A stretch of DNA of 64,000 nucleotides from an uncultured Acidobacteriaceae bacterium (GCA_963760415.1 CAVXDA010000015.1:168184-232183), one strand, 5' to 3'. Positions 36,983 through 47,289 are shown, counted from the stretch's first letter. Notes: generated by a model not told the origin, from the letters alone. Numbers and translations: made by a program.

Positions 36983-37867
36983 TTGGCGGAAGCGGAAATT
37001 GGCATCATCGGCGGCAGCGGCCTCTACTCCATGCCGGGCCTGAGTGAGGTGCGCGAAGTTGCCCTGGAGACCCCCTTCGGCGCTCCTTCCGACGCCTACG
37101 TCCTGGGTAATCTGGCCGGACGGAAAGTTGCCTTTCTGGCCCGCCACGGCCGCGGACATCGCCTGATGCCGACGGAGCTGAACTACCGCGCCAACATTCA
37201 CGGCCTGAAGCAGCTTGGGGTCGAGCGCGTCATTTCGCTGTCGGCCGTGGGCTCGCTGAAGGAAGAACACCGGCCGCTGGATTTCGTCATCCCCGACCAG
37301 TTTGTCGATCGGACACGGCATCGTGTGGACACCTTCTTCGGCGATGGGCTGGTCGTACACGTAGGACTTGGTCATCCCATTTGTGAGGAAGAGGCCGCAG
37401 TGCTTGCCGAGGCTTGCCGTCGCGCCGGCGTGAATGTGAAGCAGGGCGGCACGTACCTGAACATGGAAGGGCCGCAGTTCTCGACCAAAGCCGAGTCCAA
37501 CCTGTATCGCAGTTGGGGTATGGACGTGATCGGCATGACCAACCTCACCGAGGCGCGACTGGCGCGTGAGGCCGAGCTTTGCTACGTCACGGTGGCCATG
37601 GTCACCGATTACGACTGCTGGCACGAGGACCACGACCACGTTTCCGTGGACCAGATCATTGGCGTGCTGCTGAAGAATGCGGAGCACGCGGGCAACGTGG
37701 TGCGCGAAGCGGTGACGGCCATGCCCAGGACGCGCGGCTGCAAGTGCGGCTCGGCACTGAAGAACGCCATCATTACGCAGAAAGACGTTGTGCCTGCCGC
37801 CACGCTGGAGCGCCTGAAGCTGCTGGTGGGCAAATATTTCAACTCCGAACAGAAAGCGGGAACATAG
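36983..37867 (+). CDS. mtnP: S-methyl-5'-thioadenosine phosphorylase (MTAP)
   Basis: IGIIGGSGLYSMPGL...ETPFGAPSD...GRKVAFLARHGRGHRLMPTELNYRANIHGLKQLGVERVISLSAVGSL...GMTNLTEARLAREAELCY. TTG start, 294 aa. Confidence 0.88.
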   Translation: MAEAEIGIIGGSGLYSMPGLSEVREVALETPFGAPSDAYVLGNLAGRKVAFLARHGRGHRLMPTELNYRANIHGLKQLGVERVISLSAVGSLKEEHRPLDFVIPDQFVDRTRHRVDTFFGDGLVVHVGLGHPICEEEAAVLAEACRRAGVNVKQGGTYLNMEGPQFSTKAESNLYRSWGMDVIGMTNLTEARLAREAELCYVTVAMVTDYDCWHEDHDHVSVDQIIGVLLKNAEHAGNVVREAVTAMPRTRGCKCGSALKNAIITQKDVVPAATLERLKLLVGKYFNSEQKAGT

Positions 37868-37870
37868 GAT

Positions 37871-38794
37871 TTGTCCATTCTTGTCGTTGGTTCTGTCGCA
37901 TTCGATACCCTGAAAACTCCTTTCGGCGAGCGCCACAAAATTCTGGGCGGCGCCGCCACGTACTTTTCGCTTTCCGCCAGCTACTTCACCGACGTCCGCG
38001 TGGTTGCCGTGGTTGGCGAGGACTTCACGCCGGAAAACGAAGCCGTGATGAACAATCGCGGGGTTGACACCCGCGGCATCCAGCACGCGAAAGGGAAGAC
38101 CTTTCACTGGTCGGGTGAATACGGAGAGAACGTCAACGAAGCCAAGACGCTGAACACGGAGCTGAACGTCTTCGAAAAGTTTGCGCCGCAAATCCCGGCG
38201 GAATATGGCGACACCGATTTTCTGTTTCTCGCCAACATCGATCCCGTTCTGCAGATCCGCGTGCGCGACGCCATGCCGAACGCGAAGCTGGTCGGTGGCG
38301 ACACCATGAACTACTGGATCAGCGGGCAACGCGAGAATCTGGAGAAGATGCTGAAGCGCGTGGACGTGCTGCTGATCAACGATACCGAAGCCAAGATGCT
38401 GGCCGGCGACAGCAGCCTGCCGCGTGCGGCGCACAAGGTGCTGGAGCTCGGCCCACGCGCGCTGGTCATCAAACACGGCGAGTACGGCGCGACCATCTTC
38501 TTTCGCGATGGCGAGTTTGCCGGAGGACATCATCCGTTTCGCGCGCCGGCGTTGCCGCTGGACGAAGTGCGCGATCCCACCGGCGCAGGCGACAGCTTTG
38601 CCGGCGGCTTCATGGGATATATCGCTTCGCAGGGCGAGGTCAACCGCCGCGTGTTGAAGCACGCCATGTTCTACGGCAGCGTGATGGGTTCGTTTTCGGT
38701 GGAGCGATTTGGCACGGAGCGTTTGCAGTCGCTCACCCGCGACGAGATCGACAAGCGTTTCGAGGTGTTTCGCGAGCTGACGCATTTGGACTGA
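37871..38794 (+). CDS. PfkB-family carbohydrate/nucleoside kinase
   Basis: ILVVGSVAFDTLKTPFG...LGGAATYFS...VDVLLINDTEA...ALVIKHGEYGA...DPTGAGDSFAGGFMGY (PfkB signature 2). 307 aa. Confidence 0.8.
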   Translation: MSILVVGSVAFDTLKTPFGERHKILGGAATYFSLSASYFTDVRVVAVVGEDFTPENEAVMNNRGVDTRGIQHAKGKTFHWSGEYGENVNEAKTLNTELNVFEKFAPQIPAEYGDTDFLFLANIDPVLQIRVRDAMPNAKLVGGDTMNYWISGQRENLEKMLKRVDVLLINDTEAKMLAGDSSLPRAAHKVLELGPRALVIKHGEYGATIFFRDGEFAGGHHPFRAPALPLDEVRDPTGAGDSFAGGFMGYIASQGEVNRRVLKHAMFYGSVMGSFSVERFGTERLQSLTRDEIDKRFEVFRELTHLD

Positions 38795-38840
38795 GGCAGC
38801 AATCGAAACCGAGGAGGCTCCACCGTCGCACTGTCAAGCT

Positions 38841-40524
38841 TTGAGCAACCTTTCCCAATCTGCGCACACCGATAGCCGATCCGACCCTTGGCGCCAACAG
38901 CGCCATGATGCGCGCTTCACGCTGCTGATCGGCGCGCTCTCGATCGCAGCGCTCCTTTTCTATTACGCAAAACAGCAACTCCTGCTGTACGGCGATGCGG
39001 TTGCGCACATCAACATCGCGCGCCGCGTGGTGGACAACCGCCATCCGTTGTTGTCGCTCTCGGAACTGGGAACGGTCTGGCTGCCGCTGCAACACATCGC
39101 CATGCTGCCGTTCGTGTGGAACGATGCGCTGTGGCGCAGTGGAATCGCGGGCGCCATTCCGGGCATGGTGGCGTATGTGCTCGGCACGCTCGGCATTTTC
39201 CGGCTAGTGAGTGTCCGCGCCCCGAAGATCGCCGCCTACGTTGCGGCGGCCATTTACGCGCTCAATCCCAACCTGCTCTATCTGCAGACCACCGCGATGA
39301 ACGAGCCGATTTTCCTGGCCTTCTTCATCTGGGCGCTGGTTTACCTGGATGAGTTTGTCCGGGGCTGTTTTCCGAATCCTGATTCGCGAGTCGCGCCCGC
39401 GCGAATGAAGCCCAACCGCGCGCTGGAAGCTTGCGGCATCGCCCTGGCAGGAGGAGCGTTTACCCGCTACGACGGATGGTTCGTTGCCGCTGTCGTCGGA
39501 GTCATCGTCACGTGGATCTGTTGCGGTGTGGTGGAAGCGCAGGTCAGCGACAAACGTCCAGCGGCGCGCGATGGCTGAAGTCGTTTGCGGAATTTCTGCT
39601 GCTGAATGCGCTGGTTCCGGTGTTCTGGCTGATTTACACCTACTGCATTTCTGGTTATGCGCTCGATTTCGCGAACGGCCCATACTCGGCCAAGGCAATC
39701 GCCTTGCGCAGTACCGGTCGTGGCATGCACACGTATCCCGGGCAGCACGATCTCTTCACGGCTGCGCTTTACTTCCTGAAGTCGGCCAAACTCAACCTGG
39801 GAGCGGAGTTGTTCGGGCAGGCCCTGTTTGCCATAGCCGTGGCGGGAACAGCCATTGCGATCTGGAAATTTCGCAGGTACGGCATTCTGTTACTGCTGTG
39901 GCTGCCGCTGCCGTTTTACGCGCTCTCCATCGCCTACGGCAGCGTGCCCATTTATCTGCCCGTATGGTATCCGCGCTCGTATTACAACGTGCGCTACGGT
40001 TTGGAGCTGCTTCCGGTGTTTGCGGTGTTCGTTCCTGTCTTCGCATCGTTCATCGCCGAGCACATCGGCGAGGCTGCACTGAGGAACGCGGTTTGGTGTG
40101 TGCTGATTGGGGTTATGGCGGCCAGCTACCTCTCGGCCTATCGCGACATCCCCATCACGTTGCGGGAGGCGCTGGTGAACTCACGGGGCCGGGTGGCTAT
40201 CGAGCGGGCGCTGGCCAACTATCTTGGCGAAATTCCGCGCTCAGCAACGCTGCTCATGTACACCGGAGATCATGCGGGCGCGCTGCAACTGGCAGGCATT
40301 GCACGGCGCCGGGTGATCTCTGAGTCTGAGCATCCCGACTGGGAGTGGGCGCTGCTCGATCCGGCCCATCGTGCTGACTATGCTGGTCGCGTGCCAGGGT
40401 GATCCGGTGTGGGTTGCGCTGCAGGCCGCAACACACGGAGTTGACAGAGGTGATTTCGGTCAGCGCGCCGGGACAGTCGCGCTGCACGATCTACAAGCCG
40501 CGGGCTTCAAACAGCCACCGTTGA
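38841..40524 (+). pseudogene. Large polytopic membrane protein (GT-C/ArnT-like glycosyltransferase candidate), about 3 frameshifts
   Basis: More than 10 TM helices lie across ORFs 38841-39578 and 39431-40402. The N-terminal loop reads YGDAVAHINIARRVVD. The tail, ...ADY, then a shift, then VVACQGDPVWVALQ, then a shift, then ..HTELTEVISVSAPGQSRCTIYKP*, ends at 40524. The family call is tentative. Confidence 0.5.
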
Positions 40525-40655
40525 GCTTGGCGCCTGGAGGCGAGTACCCTGACGCCTTATGCGAAGTCGGAGGTTGGCGCCGCCAACGACGGTTGCCGCG
40601 TCGCCCAGCACGGCTGGGGATTTCGCTACAATGAGCTTTTTCCGAGGTCTTCATC

Positions 40656-41897
40656 ATGACTTATCAAGAGATTGTCGAACGAGAGCAGAAATACCTGCTG
40701 AACACCTACGCGCGCTATCCCATTGCCATCGCGCGCGGCAAGGGCGTGTACGTTTACGACGTCGAGGGCAAACGCTACCTCGACTTCCTCTCCGGGCTGG
40801 GCGTCAATGCGCTCGGTCACGCCCATCCGCGCATCGTGAAGGTCATTCGCGACCAGGCGGCGAAGGTCATCCACCTCTCGAACCTGTACTACAACGAGTA
40901 CCAGGGGCTGCTTGCCGAAAAGCTTTGCAGCAAGTCAGGACTCGACCGCGCGTTCTTCTCCAACAGCGGTACCGAGGCCATTGAAGGCGCGCTGAAACTG
41001 GTGCGTGCTGCCGGCCACGCTACGGGCGGGCCGGAGAAGTCCATCGTCATAGCGCTGGAGAACTCGTTCCACGGACGCACCATGGGCGCGCTCGCGCTCA
41101 CCGGCCAGGCAAAGTATCGCAAGGATTTCGATCCCATGCTGGAAGGCGTGCGCTTTGTGCCGCGCAACGACGCGGAAGCGCTGCGCAGCGCCATGGATGA
41201 GAAAGTTTGCGCCATCGTGCTGGAGCCCATTCAGGGCGAAGGCGGCATTCAGGAAACGTCGCCGGAATTCCTGCGCGCCTGCCGCGAGGCTGCCGATCAA
41301 CATCACGCCGCGCTTATCTTCGACGAGATCCAGTGCGGCATGGGACGTACCGGGCAGCTCTTTGCTTTCCAGCATTTCGGTGTCGTGCCCGATGTGGTTT
41401 GCATCGCCAAGCCGATGGCCGCGGGCTTTCCGATGGGAGCGTTTCTCGCGAAGCAGGATTTCGCGCAGCACATCACGCCGGGCAAGCACGGAACTACCTT
41501 TGGTGGAGGCCCGCTAGCCTGCCGCATTGCGCTGGAGTATCTGGCGATCCTGGAAGACGAGAACCTGCTGGAGCAGGTGCGCCGAGTCGGCGCGTACTTT
41601 TCGCAGAAGCTGCACGAACTGGTGGAGAAGTTCGACATCGCCGTCGAAGCGCGCGGCGTGGGTGCGATTCAGGCGCTGCAGTTGAGCGTTCCCGGCAAGC
41701 CGATCCTCGAAGGCGCGCACGCGAACCGCCTGCTGATCAACGTGACGCAGGACACGGTGCTGCGCTTCCTGCCGCCATTCCTGCTGCAAGAGAAACACGT
41801 GGACAGCGGGATGCGGATTCTGCGCAAGCAACTCGCGGTGGCACAGAAGGAGCACAAGAAGGCGGCGAAGAGCAAGGCGGCAGCGGTCACAGCGTGA
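40656..41897 (+). CDS. argD: Acetylornithine aminotransferase (class-III PLP aminotransferase)
   Basis: LLNTYARYPIAIARGKGVYVYDVEGKRYLDFLSGLGVNALGHAHPRIV...LYYNEYQ...FFSNSGTEAIEGALK...LIFDEIQCGMGRTG...DVVCIAKPMAAGFP. 413 aa. Confidence 0.88.
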   Translation: MTYQEIVEREQKYLLNTYARYPIAIARGKGVYVYDVEGKRYLDFLSGLGVNALGHAHPRIVKVIRDQAAKVIHLSNLYYNEYQGLLAEKLCSKSGLDRAFFSNSGTEAIEGALKLVRAAGHATGGPEKSIVIALENSFHGRTMGALALTGQAKYRKDFDPMLEGVRFVPRNDAEALRSAMDEKVCAIVLEPIQGEGGIQETSPEFLRACREAADQHHAALIFDEIQCGMGRTGQLFAFQHFGVVPDVVCIAKPMAAGFPMGAFLAKQDFAQHITPGKHGTTFGGGPLACRIALEYLAILEDENLLEQVRRVGAYFSQKLHELVEKFDIAVEARGVGAIQALQLSVPGKPILEGAHANRLLINVTQDTVLRFLPPFLLQEKHVDSGMRILRKQLAVAQKEHKKAAKSKAAAVTA

Positions 41898-41904
41898 GGT
41901 TCGC

Positions 41905-42583
41905 TCACGCGTGGTGCGAAATCGGGTCCAGCGCCGTGTGCTGCGAATGCTTGGCCGCGTGCGGATGCCGCTCCAGTGCGTCCATGGTCGCCAGAATGGT
42001 TTCGGTGGCGTATTCGATGCCCGGGTCTGAGTTCAGCAGCATGTGGTACAGGTGGCGGCTGGGCCACTCGGCGTTGAAGTACTTGCGGACGAAGGCAGCG
42101 CGTTCGCGGTCGATGGTGTCCACCATCAAGCGCGGATTCCTGCTCGTCCATCTTGAGCCTGAGCAGGCGGCGAATTTTTTCCTCGCGCGAGCCGTAGATG
42201 AACACCCGGAAAACGTCTTCCCGGTGACGCAGAATGTACGGCGCACCTCGTCCCACGATGACGCAGTTGCCTTCGCGGGAGACCTTCTCGATCACCTGAT
42301 GGGCCAATTCGACCATCTCGTCGGCGTCGAAAATCTTGTCTTCGCCGATCGGCAACGACCGCTCATGACTGCCGCGCCAGAAGACCTTGGCCAGACGATG
42401 CACCAGCGGGTCGCACTTCTCGGAATGTTGCGCCACCGCCTTTTCGTGCACTCCGGCGAGCTTGGCGATCTCGCAGGTGAGTTGCTGATCGAGAAGCTGC
42501 CATCCTTTGCGGCGCGCCAATTGGGCGGCCACCAAACTGCCGCCTGCGCCGTATTCGCGTTCCAATGTGATGATCTTGAACAT
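41905..42583 (-). pseudogene. Cytidylate-kinase-like (AAA_33/Cmk-like) family protein, with one frameshift
   Basis: MFKIITLEREYGAGGSLVAAQLARRKGWQLLDQQL...CVIVGRGAPYILR...VFIYGSREEKIRRL, then a shift near 42130, then LMVDTIDRERAAFVRKYFNAEWPSRHLYHMLLNSD... Confidence 0.7.
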
Positions 42584-42792
42584 CGGCCACCTCCATCCCT
42601 CGACGGCTCGGAACAGTCCCCACAACTACGCTGCCAGCATGATAACGCGATTTCTGCTAATGAGATGCGCGAGCTGTGGCCGGCGTTGGGCAGCGTACCA
42701 AGTGTTAAGGATTGTAAAGCTTGTAAAAGTCTTGTCACGAGGGAGGTCGTGACACATTCCAGCGGGTTTACATCTGCATCAAATCTGCAGGA

Positions 42793-43422
42793 ATGGAGAA
42801 CAACAACATGCGTACAACATTGCTAACTGGCTTGCTGTTCGCGTTGACCGCCGGAGCGCTGGCGCAGACGCCGCAAGCCTTACTCGAAACGCCGGCGGCG
42901 CAAGGCGCGGCCCTGTCCAGCAACGGCCCCGTGATTCTCGACTATGGTAAGGGCGGGTTTCCGAACGATGTCGAAGGCCGCATTGCCAAGCAAGTCCGCC
43001 ACGAAATCTTGCTGCTGCCCTATTACTCGCTGTTCGACGACCTGGAGTATAGCGTGCAAGGCCACACCGTTACGCTGAGCGGATATGTTACCAGCATCGA
43101 CGCTATAACGAAGAGCACGGCTGAGAATGTCGTGAAGCACATTGAAGGTGTGGACAAGGTGGTCAACAACATCGAAGTCCTGCCGCCGTTGGGCTTTGAC
43201 CAGGAGGCGCGTGCGCGTGTCTATCGCTCACTGGTGAGGACAGGCGGGCTGTCGCGGTATTTCTGGGAGGCCTCACCCAGCATTCACATCATCGTGGAGA
43301 AACAGCGAGTGACCCTTAGGGGCTTCGTCAACAGCGAGGGCGACAAGACCCTGGCTACCATCGCCGCAAACGGGGTGCCGGACGTTTTCAAGGTGACCAA
43401 CGAGTTGCAGGTGGTGAAATAA
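42793..43422 (+). CDS. Secreted protein with two BON domains
   Basis: Signal peptide MRTTLLTGLLFALTAGALA. The two BON-like units read (VRHEILLLPYYSLFDDLEYSVQGHTVTLSGYVTS...VKHIEGVDKVVNNIEV; ...IIVEKQRVTLRGFVNSEGDK...VPDVFKVTNELQV). The start may be the ATG at 42808. Confidence 0.75.
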   Translation: MENNNMRTTLLTGLLFALTAGALAQTPQALLETPAAQGAALSSNGPVILDYGKGGFPNDVEGRIAKQVRHEILLLPYYSLFDDLEYSVQGHTVTLSGYVTSIDAITKSTAENVVKHIEGVDKVVNNIEVLPPLGFDQEARARVYRSLVRTGGLSRYFWEASPSIHIIVEKQRVTLRGFVNSEGDKTLATIAANGVPDVFKVTNELQVVK

Positions 43423-43453
43423 ACGCCGCGAAAATTGAGCCCCTTTCTTTCGA

Positions 43454-43490
43454 GGCGGGACTGTGCCGACAGTCTCGCCCTTCTACTTTT
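43454..43490 (+). terminator. Intrinsic-terminator-like hairpin after the BON gene
   Basis: ggcgggactgt-gccg-acagtctcgcc is an 11-bp stem with one G:U pair, followed by cttctactttt. It lies 32 nt after the stop codon. Confidence 0.5.
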
Positions 43491-43644
43491 GTGGTAGCAT
43501 TCGTCTTTGATCCTTATCGCACGAGCCACTAGAATCAAGTAGGCACAGCGGCTGATTGCTGACACCTCTGCAACCGCTGTCTTTATCCAGCTAGTCCTTA
43601 GTCTTTCGCGGTCTGACCGCGCGCACTTTTGCATGTAGTCCCTG

Positions 43645-44960
43645 ATGGCGCCGTTTCCAACCGGGCGCTTTAGATTGGAGCACCAAATGGTTCGCCTGAG
43701 ACGGGTCCTGGCGTTTGTCCTGAGCTGGGGAATTCTGATTGTCACTTCGCCCACTTCCGAAGCGTGGGCTTCTGTCGCCGTCCATTCGCCTGTCTTCGCC
43801 ATGCAGGAAGCCGCGGAGGCCAATCTGTCTGCCGCCCAGATTGACGAACTGGTTTCCCCGATCGCCCTTTATCCCGACGCGCTGGTGGCGCAGATCCTTG
43901 CCGCCTCGACTTATCCTGACCAGATCGTCGCCGCCAATACCTGGTTGCAGGCCAACACGAAGCTGAATGACGCCCAACGCGCCGAGCAGGTCAACACTCA
44001 GACGTGGGACCCAAGCGTGAAGGCGCTGACCCAGTTTCCGTCGGTGCTCGCCAACATGGCGCAAAACCTGTCGTGGACGTCGGCCCTCGGTGACGCGTTC
44101 TACAACCAGCAGAAGGACGTGATGGCCTCGGTACAGCGCCTGCGCAAGCAGGCCAAGGATGCCGGGAATCTGAAGAGTTCGTCCCAGCAAACCGTGAAGA
44201 CCGAGACCCAGGAAGGGCAGCAGGTCATCGTGATTCAGCCGGCTAATCCGCAGGTGGTGTACGTGCCGACGTATAACCCGACTGTGGTTTACGGCACGCC
44301 TTACAGTCCTCCGGGCTACAGCACGGGCGCGATGGTGGCCACGGGCGTCATTTCGTTCGGCGTGGGCATGGCGGTCGGGGCCGCCATGAGCAACAGTTGG
44401 GGATGGAACAGTTGGGGCTGCGGCTGGCACGGCGGCACGCGTCAATTACAACCGCAACGTTTACGTCTCCAACAGCAACGTTTATCGCAATGGCGGTTCT
44501 TACGGGGGAGGCGCTTACAACCGGTCAGGTAACCGTAATACCAATGTCAGCGGCAACACCGTCAACGTCAATACCGGCAACCGCAATAATGTGAATGGCG
44601 GGAACCGCAACAACATTAACAACTAATAGCGGGAATCGGAACAACAACAACGTCGGCAACAATAACAACCGTCCGAACGCTGGTAATAACGCCAATCGCC
44701 CCAACGCTGGTAACAACGCCAATCGCCCCAACGCCGGTAATCGTCCGAACCAGGCACCGGCGGCGGACCGCGGATATGGAAACAAGCACGCTACCGGTAC
44801 CAAGTCAGGCGCCTTCAGCGGATACAGTGCAGGGGGACAGACCCGGGCGCAGAGCAGTCGTGGACAGCAGAGCATGGGCGGTGGCGGCGGACAGCGGGGC
44901 GGCGGACAAAAGAGCGCACCCGCGGCTCGCGGCGGAGGCGGCGGTGGGCGCAAACGTTAG
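43645..44960 (+). pseudogene. DUF3300 domain protein with an N/G/R-rich low-complexity C-terminus; 2-3 frameshifts in the tail
   Basis: LSAAQIDELVSPIALYPDALVAQILAASTYPDQIVAANTWLQAN...WDPSVKALTQFPSVLANMAQNLSWTSALGDAFYNQQKDVMASVQRLR is DUF3300-like from memory. The tail continues in other frames and ends ..GGGGGRKR* at 44960. Confidence 0.7.
44670..44750 (+). repeat. 27-bp tandem coding repeat (about 2.6 copies), encoding (R)PNAGNNAN
   Basis: cgtccgaacgctggtaataacgccaat / cgccccaacgctggtaacaacgccaat / cgccccaacgccggtaat... Confidence 0.8.
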
Positions 44961-45057
44961 TCGCGCAGCTGTAGCTTGAGCTCTCGAAATCAAAACGCCG
45001 ATGGCTGGTGGAGGTTTCCTGATAATGATGTCCGATACGAATTCGAAAGGTGCATTT

Positions 45058-45999
45058 ATGCGGTGGCAATCAAAATTGTTTAGCGCTGCGGTGTTGATGG
45101 CGGCACTCACTCTGCTCGCCGGCATCGCCGGCGCGCAAGAGCCCGGAGAGAAGACCTTCGCGACCCCGCAGGAAGCGGGCAAGGCGCTCTACGACGCTGC
45201 GAAAGCGGCGGACAAGGCGGGAATCGTGGCCGTACTTGGAGCGTCTTCCGCCAGCGTCGTCTCCTCCGGCGACGAGGTTCAGGATAAAAGTACCCGCGAT
45301 CGGTTCGTCGAACGTTATGAGCAGATGAATCGCTGGGCGAAAGAAATCAACGGAAACCAGACTCTTATTATCGGCGCGGAAAACTGGCCGTTCCCCATTC
45401 CTCTGAAGAAGGACGCGGCTGGCACGTGGTACTTCGACACCAAAGCCGGCTTGAAGGAGATTCTCTTCCGTCGCATCGGAAAGAACGAACTGGCGGCCAT
45501 TCGCGTCTGTGATGTTCTGGCTGACGCGCAAGACGAATACTTCAGCCAGAAGCAGGAGTACGCGCAAAAATTCTCCAGCGACCCCGGGAAGCAGAACGGA
45601 CTCTACTGGAAGGCCGACGAAGGACAGCCAGAAAGTCCCGTCGGGCCGCTGGTCGCCTATGCCACCGGTGAAGGCTATGGCGGAGAGAAGGACGCAGCAC
45701 AGCCCTTCCACGGCTACTACTACCACATGCTTAAGGCGCAGGGAGCCAGCGTAAAAGGCGGAGCCAAGAGCTATGTCGTGGATGGCAAGATGACCGGCGG
45801 CTTCGCCTTTGTCGCCTATCCCGCAGAATATCGCAACTCCGGAGTGATGACCTTCCTCGTCAATCAGAACGGGACCGTGTATGAGAAAGACCTTGGCCCG
45901 AAGACCGCCGATCTCGCGAAGCAAATGAAGGCCTACAACCCCGACAAGACCTGGAAGGCAGTCTGGAGCGAAGAAGAGAGCGATAGCGATAGCGAGTGA
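45058..45999 (+). CDS. DUF2950 domain protein (secreted)
   Basis: Signal peptide MRWQSKLFSAAVLMAALTLLAGIAGA. FATPQEAGKALYDAAKA...NWPFPIPLKKD..GTWYFDT..G..EILFRRIGKNELAAI...FHGYYYHML...GGFAFVAYPAEYRNSGVMTFLVNQNGTVYEKDLG. Earlier in-frame ATGs exist at 45001 and 45025. Confidence 0.72.
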   Translation: MRWQSKLFSAAVLMAALTLLAGIAGAQEPGEKTFATPQEAGKALYDAAKAADKAGIVAVLGASSASVVSSGDEVQDKSTRDRFVERYEQMNRWAKEINGNQTLIIGAENWPFPIPLKKDAAGTWYFDTKAGLKEILFRRIGKNELAAIRVCDVLADAQDEYFSQKQEYAQKFSSDPGKQNGLYWKADEGQPESPVGPLVAYATGEGYGGEKDAAQPFHGYYYHMLKAQGASVKGGAKSYVVDGKMTGGFAFVAYPAEYRNSGVMTFLVNQNGTVYEKDLGPKTADLAKQMKAYNPDKTWKAVWSEEESDSDSE

Positions 46000-46286
46000 T
46001 TCGCGGCACGAGTCTTTCCCCTAGCCAAGCCACCGAGAAGGCTGCGCCCGTGCGTTGTCGGCGGCGTGCAGTCATGGCGGACTGCGGCTGATCGTTCGCA
46101 AACCTCGAATGTTCCGTCCAACTCTAGCTCAGATGACTAGGCCGCAGCAAGGTCCCGTCCTTTCATCTCTCCACGTCACAAACCCCAGTGACAAAAGTAT
46201 TACAAACGAAACTCCCATTCGTTGTTAGTCTGTGAAGGCCTCGAACGCATTCGGCGGTTGGGGTTCCACGGACCACTCCAGGGAGA

Positions 46287-47171
46287 TTGATGAATCGCTT
46301 AAAAGAGTTAAACCCGTTCACCACCGGCATCATGGTTGCCTTTCATATCGGCGCAATAGCCGCTCTCTTCATGTTCAGCTGGAAGGCATTGGGCATTGCG
46401 CTCGTGCTGTACTGGGTTGCGGGCAACCTGGGCATCGGCATGGGCTATCACCGTCTGCTCACCCATCGTGGCTATAAATGCCCGAAGTGGCTGGAATACT
46501 TCCTCACCGTCTGCGCCACGCTGGCGCTGGAGGGCGGCCCAATCTTCTGGGTGGCCACGCACCGCATTCATCATCAGCTCACCGACAAGCCAGGCGATCC
46601 GCACTCACCGCGCGATGGCGGCTTCTGGGCGCATATGGGTTGGATCCTGATGGGGAAGACCTTTCACAACAACAACACCGAACTGCTGGCCTACGTGCCC
46701 GATCTTCGCAAGGACAAGTTCCACCTCTGGATCAGCGAGTATCACTGGGTACCGATGACCGTTCTCGGCGTAATTCTGCTGGCTGTCGGCGGATGGGCGG
46801 TTATGTTCTGGGGAGTTTTCCTGCGCACCGTGTTTCTCCTGCATTCCACGTGGTTTGTGAACTCGGGGACGCACATGTGGGGATCCAAGCGCTTTGCCAC
46901 CGACGACGACTCGCGCAACTTGTGGTGGGTCGCATACCTGAGCTTCGGCGAAGGCTGGCACAATAACCATCATGCGCATCCGCAATCGGCGCGTCATGGG
47001 CTGGCCTGGTACGAGTTCGATATGAACTGGTACGGCATCCGGAGCCTGCAAGCGCTCGGTTTGGTCTGGGACGTGAAGCTGCCCAAGTTGGGCTCGGCGC
47101 GCATCCAGCCGGTGATGAAACCGGCGGTACAACCTGAAGTCGTGCCGGCAGAGGAACTGGTCTCGGTGTAG
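46287..47171 (+). CDS. Membrane acyl-CoA/acyl-lipid (delta-9-type) fatty-acid desaturase
   Basis: The three His boxes are HRLLTHRGYK, HRIHHQLTDKPGDPHSP and GEGWHNNHHAHP. There are four TM segments. 294 aa. Confidence 0.88.
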   Translation: MMNRLKELNPFTTGIMVAFHIGAIAALFMFSWKALGIALVLYWVAGNLGIGMGYHRLLTHRGYKCPKWLEYFLTVCATLALEGGPIFWVATHRIHHQLTDKPGDPHSPRDGGFWAHMGWILMGKTFHNNNTELLAYVPDLRKDKFHLWISEYHWVPMTVLGVILLAVGGWAVMFWGVFLRTVFLLHSTWFVNSGTHMWGSKRFATDDDSRNLWWVAYLSFGEGWHNNHHAHPQSARHGLAWYEFDMNWYGIRSLQALGLVWDVKLPKLGSARIQPVMKPAVQPEVVPAEELVSV

Positions 47172-47289
47172 GAAACCTCCAAGCGAATTGCGACGGGACG
47201 GCGTACGATGCGCTGTCCTTTTTATTGGACTGGACCTGCCAGTTGAGTGCTCGCTCCCTGCGATAGAATCGCAGAGAGGTAGGGAACTG

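Noticed and set aside
36653-38785. A 710-aa minus-strand ORF, the longest ORF in this part of the track.
   Set aside because: It runs antisense across mtnP and the PfkB kinase, both of which have clear family motifs on the plus strand. Its translation is Arg/Ala/Gly/His-rich low complexity with no recognisable motif, which is typical of a spurious antisense ORF in GC-rich DNA.
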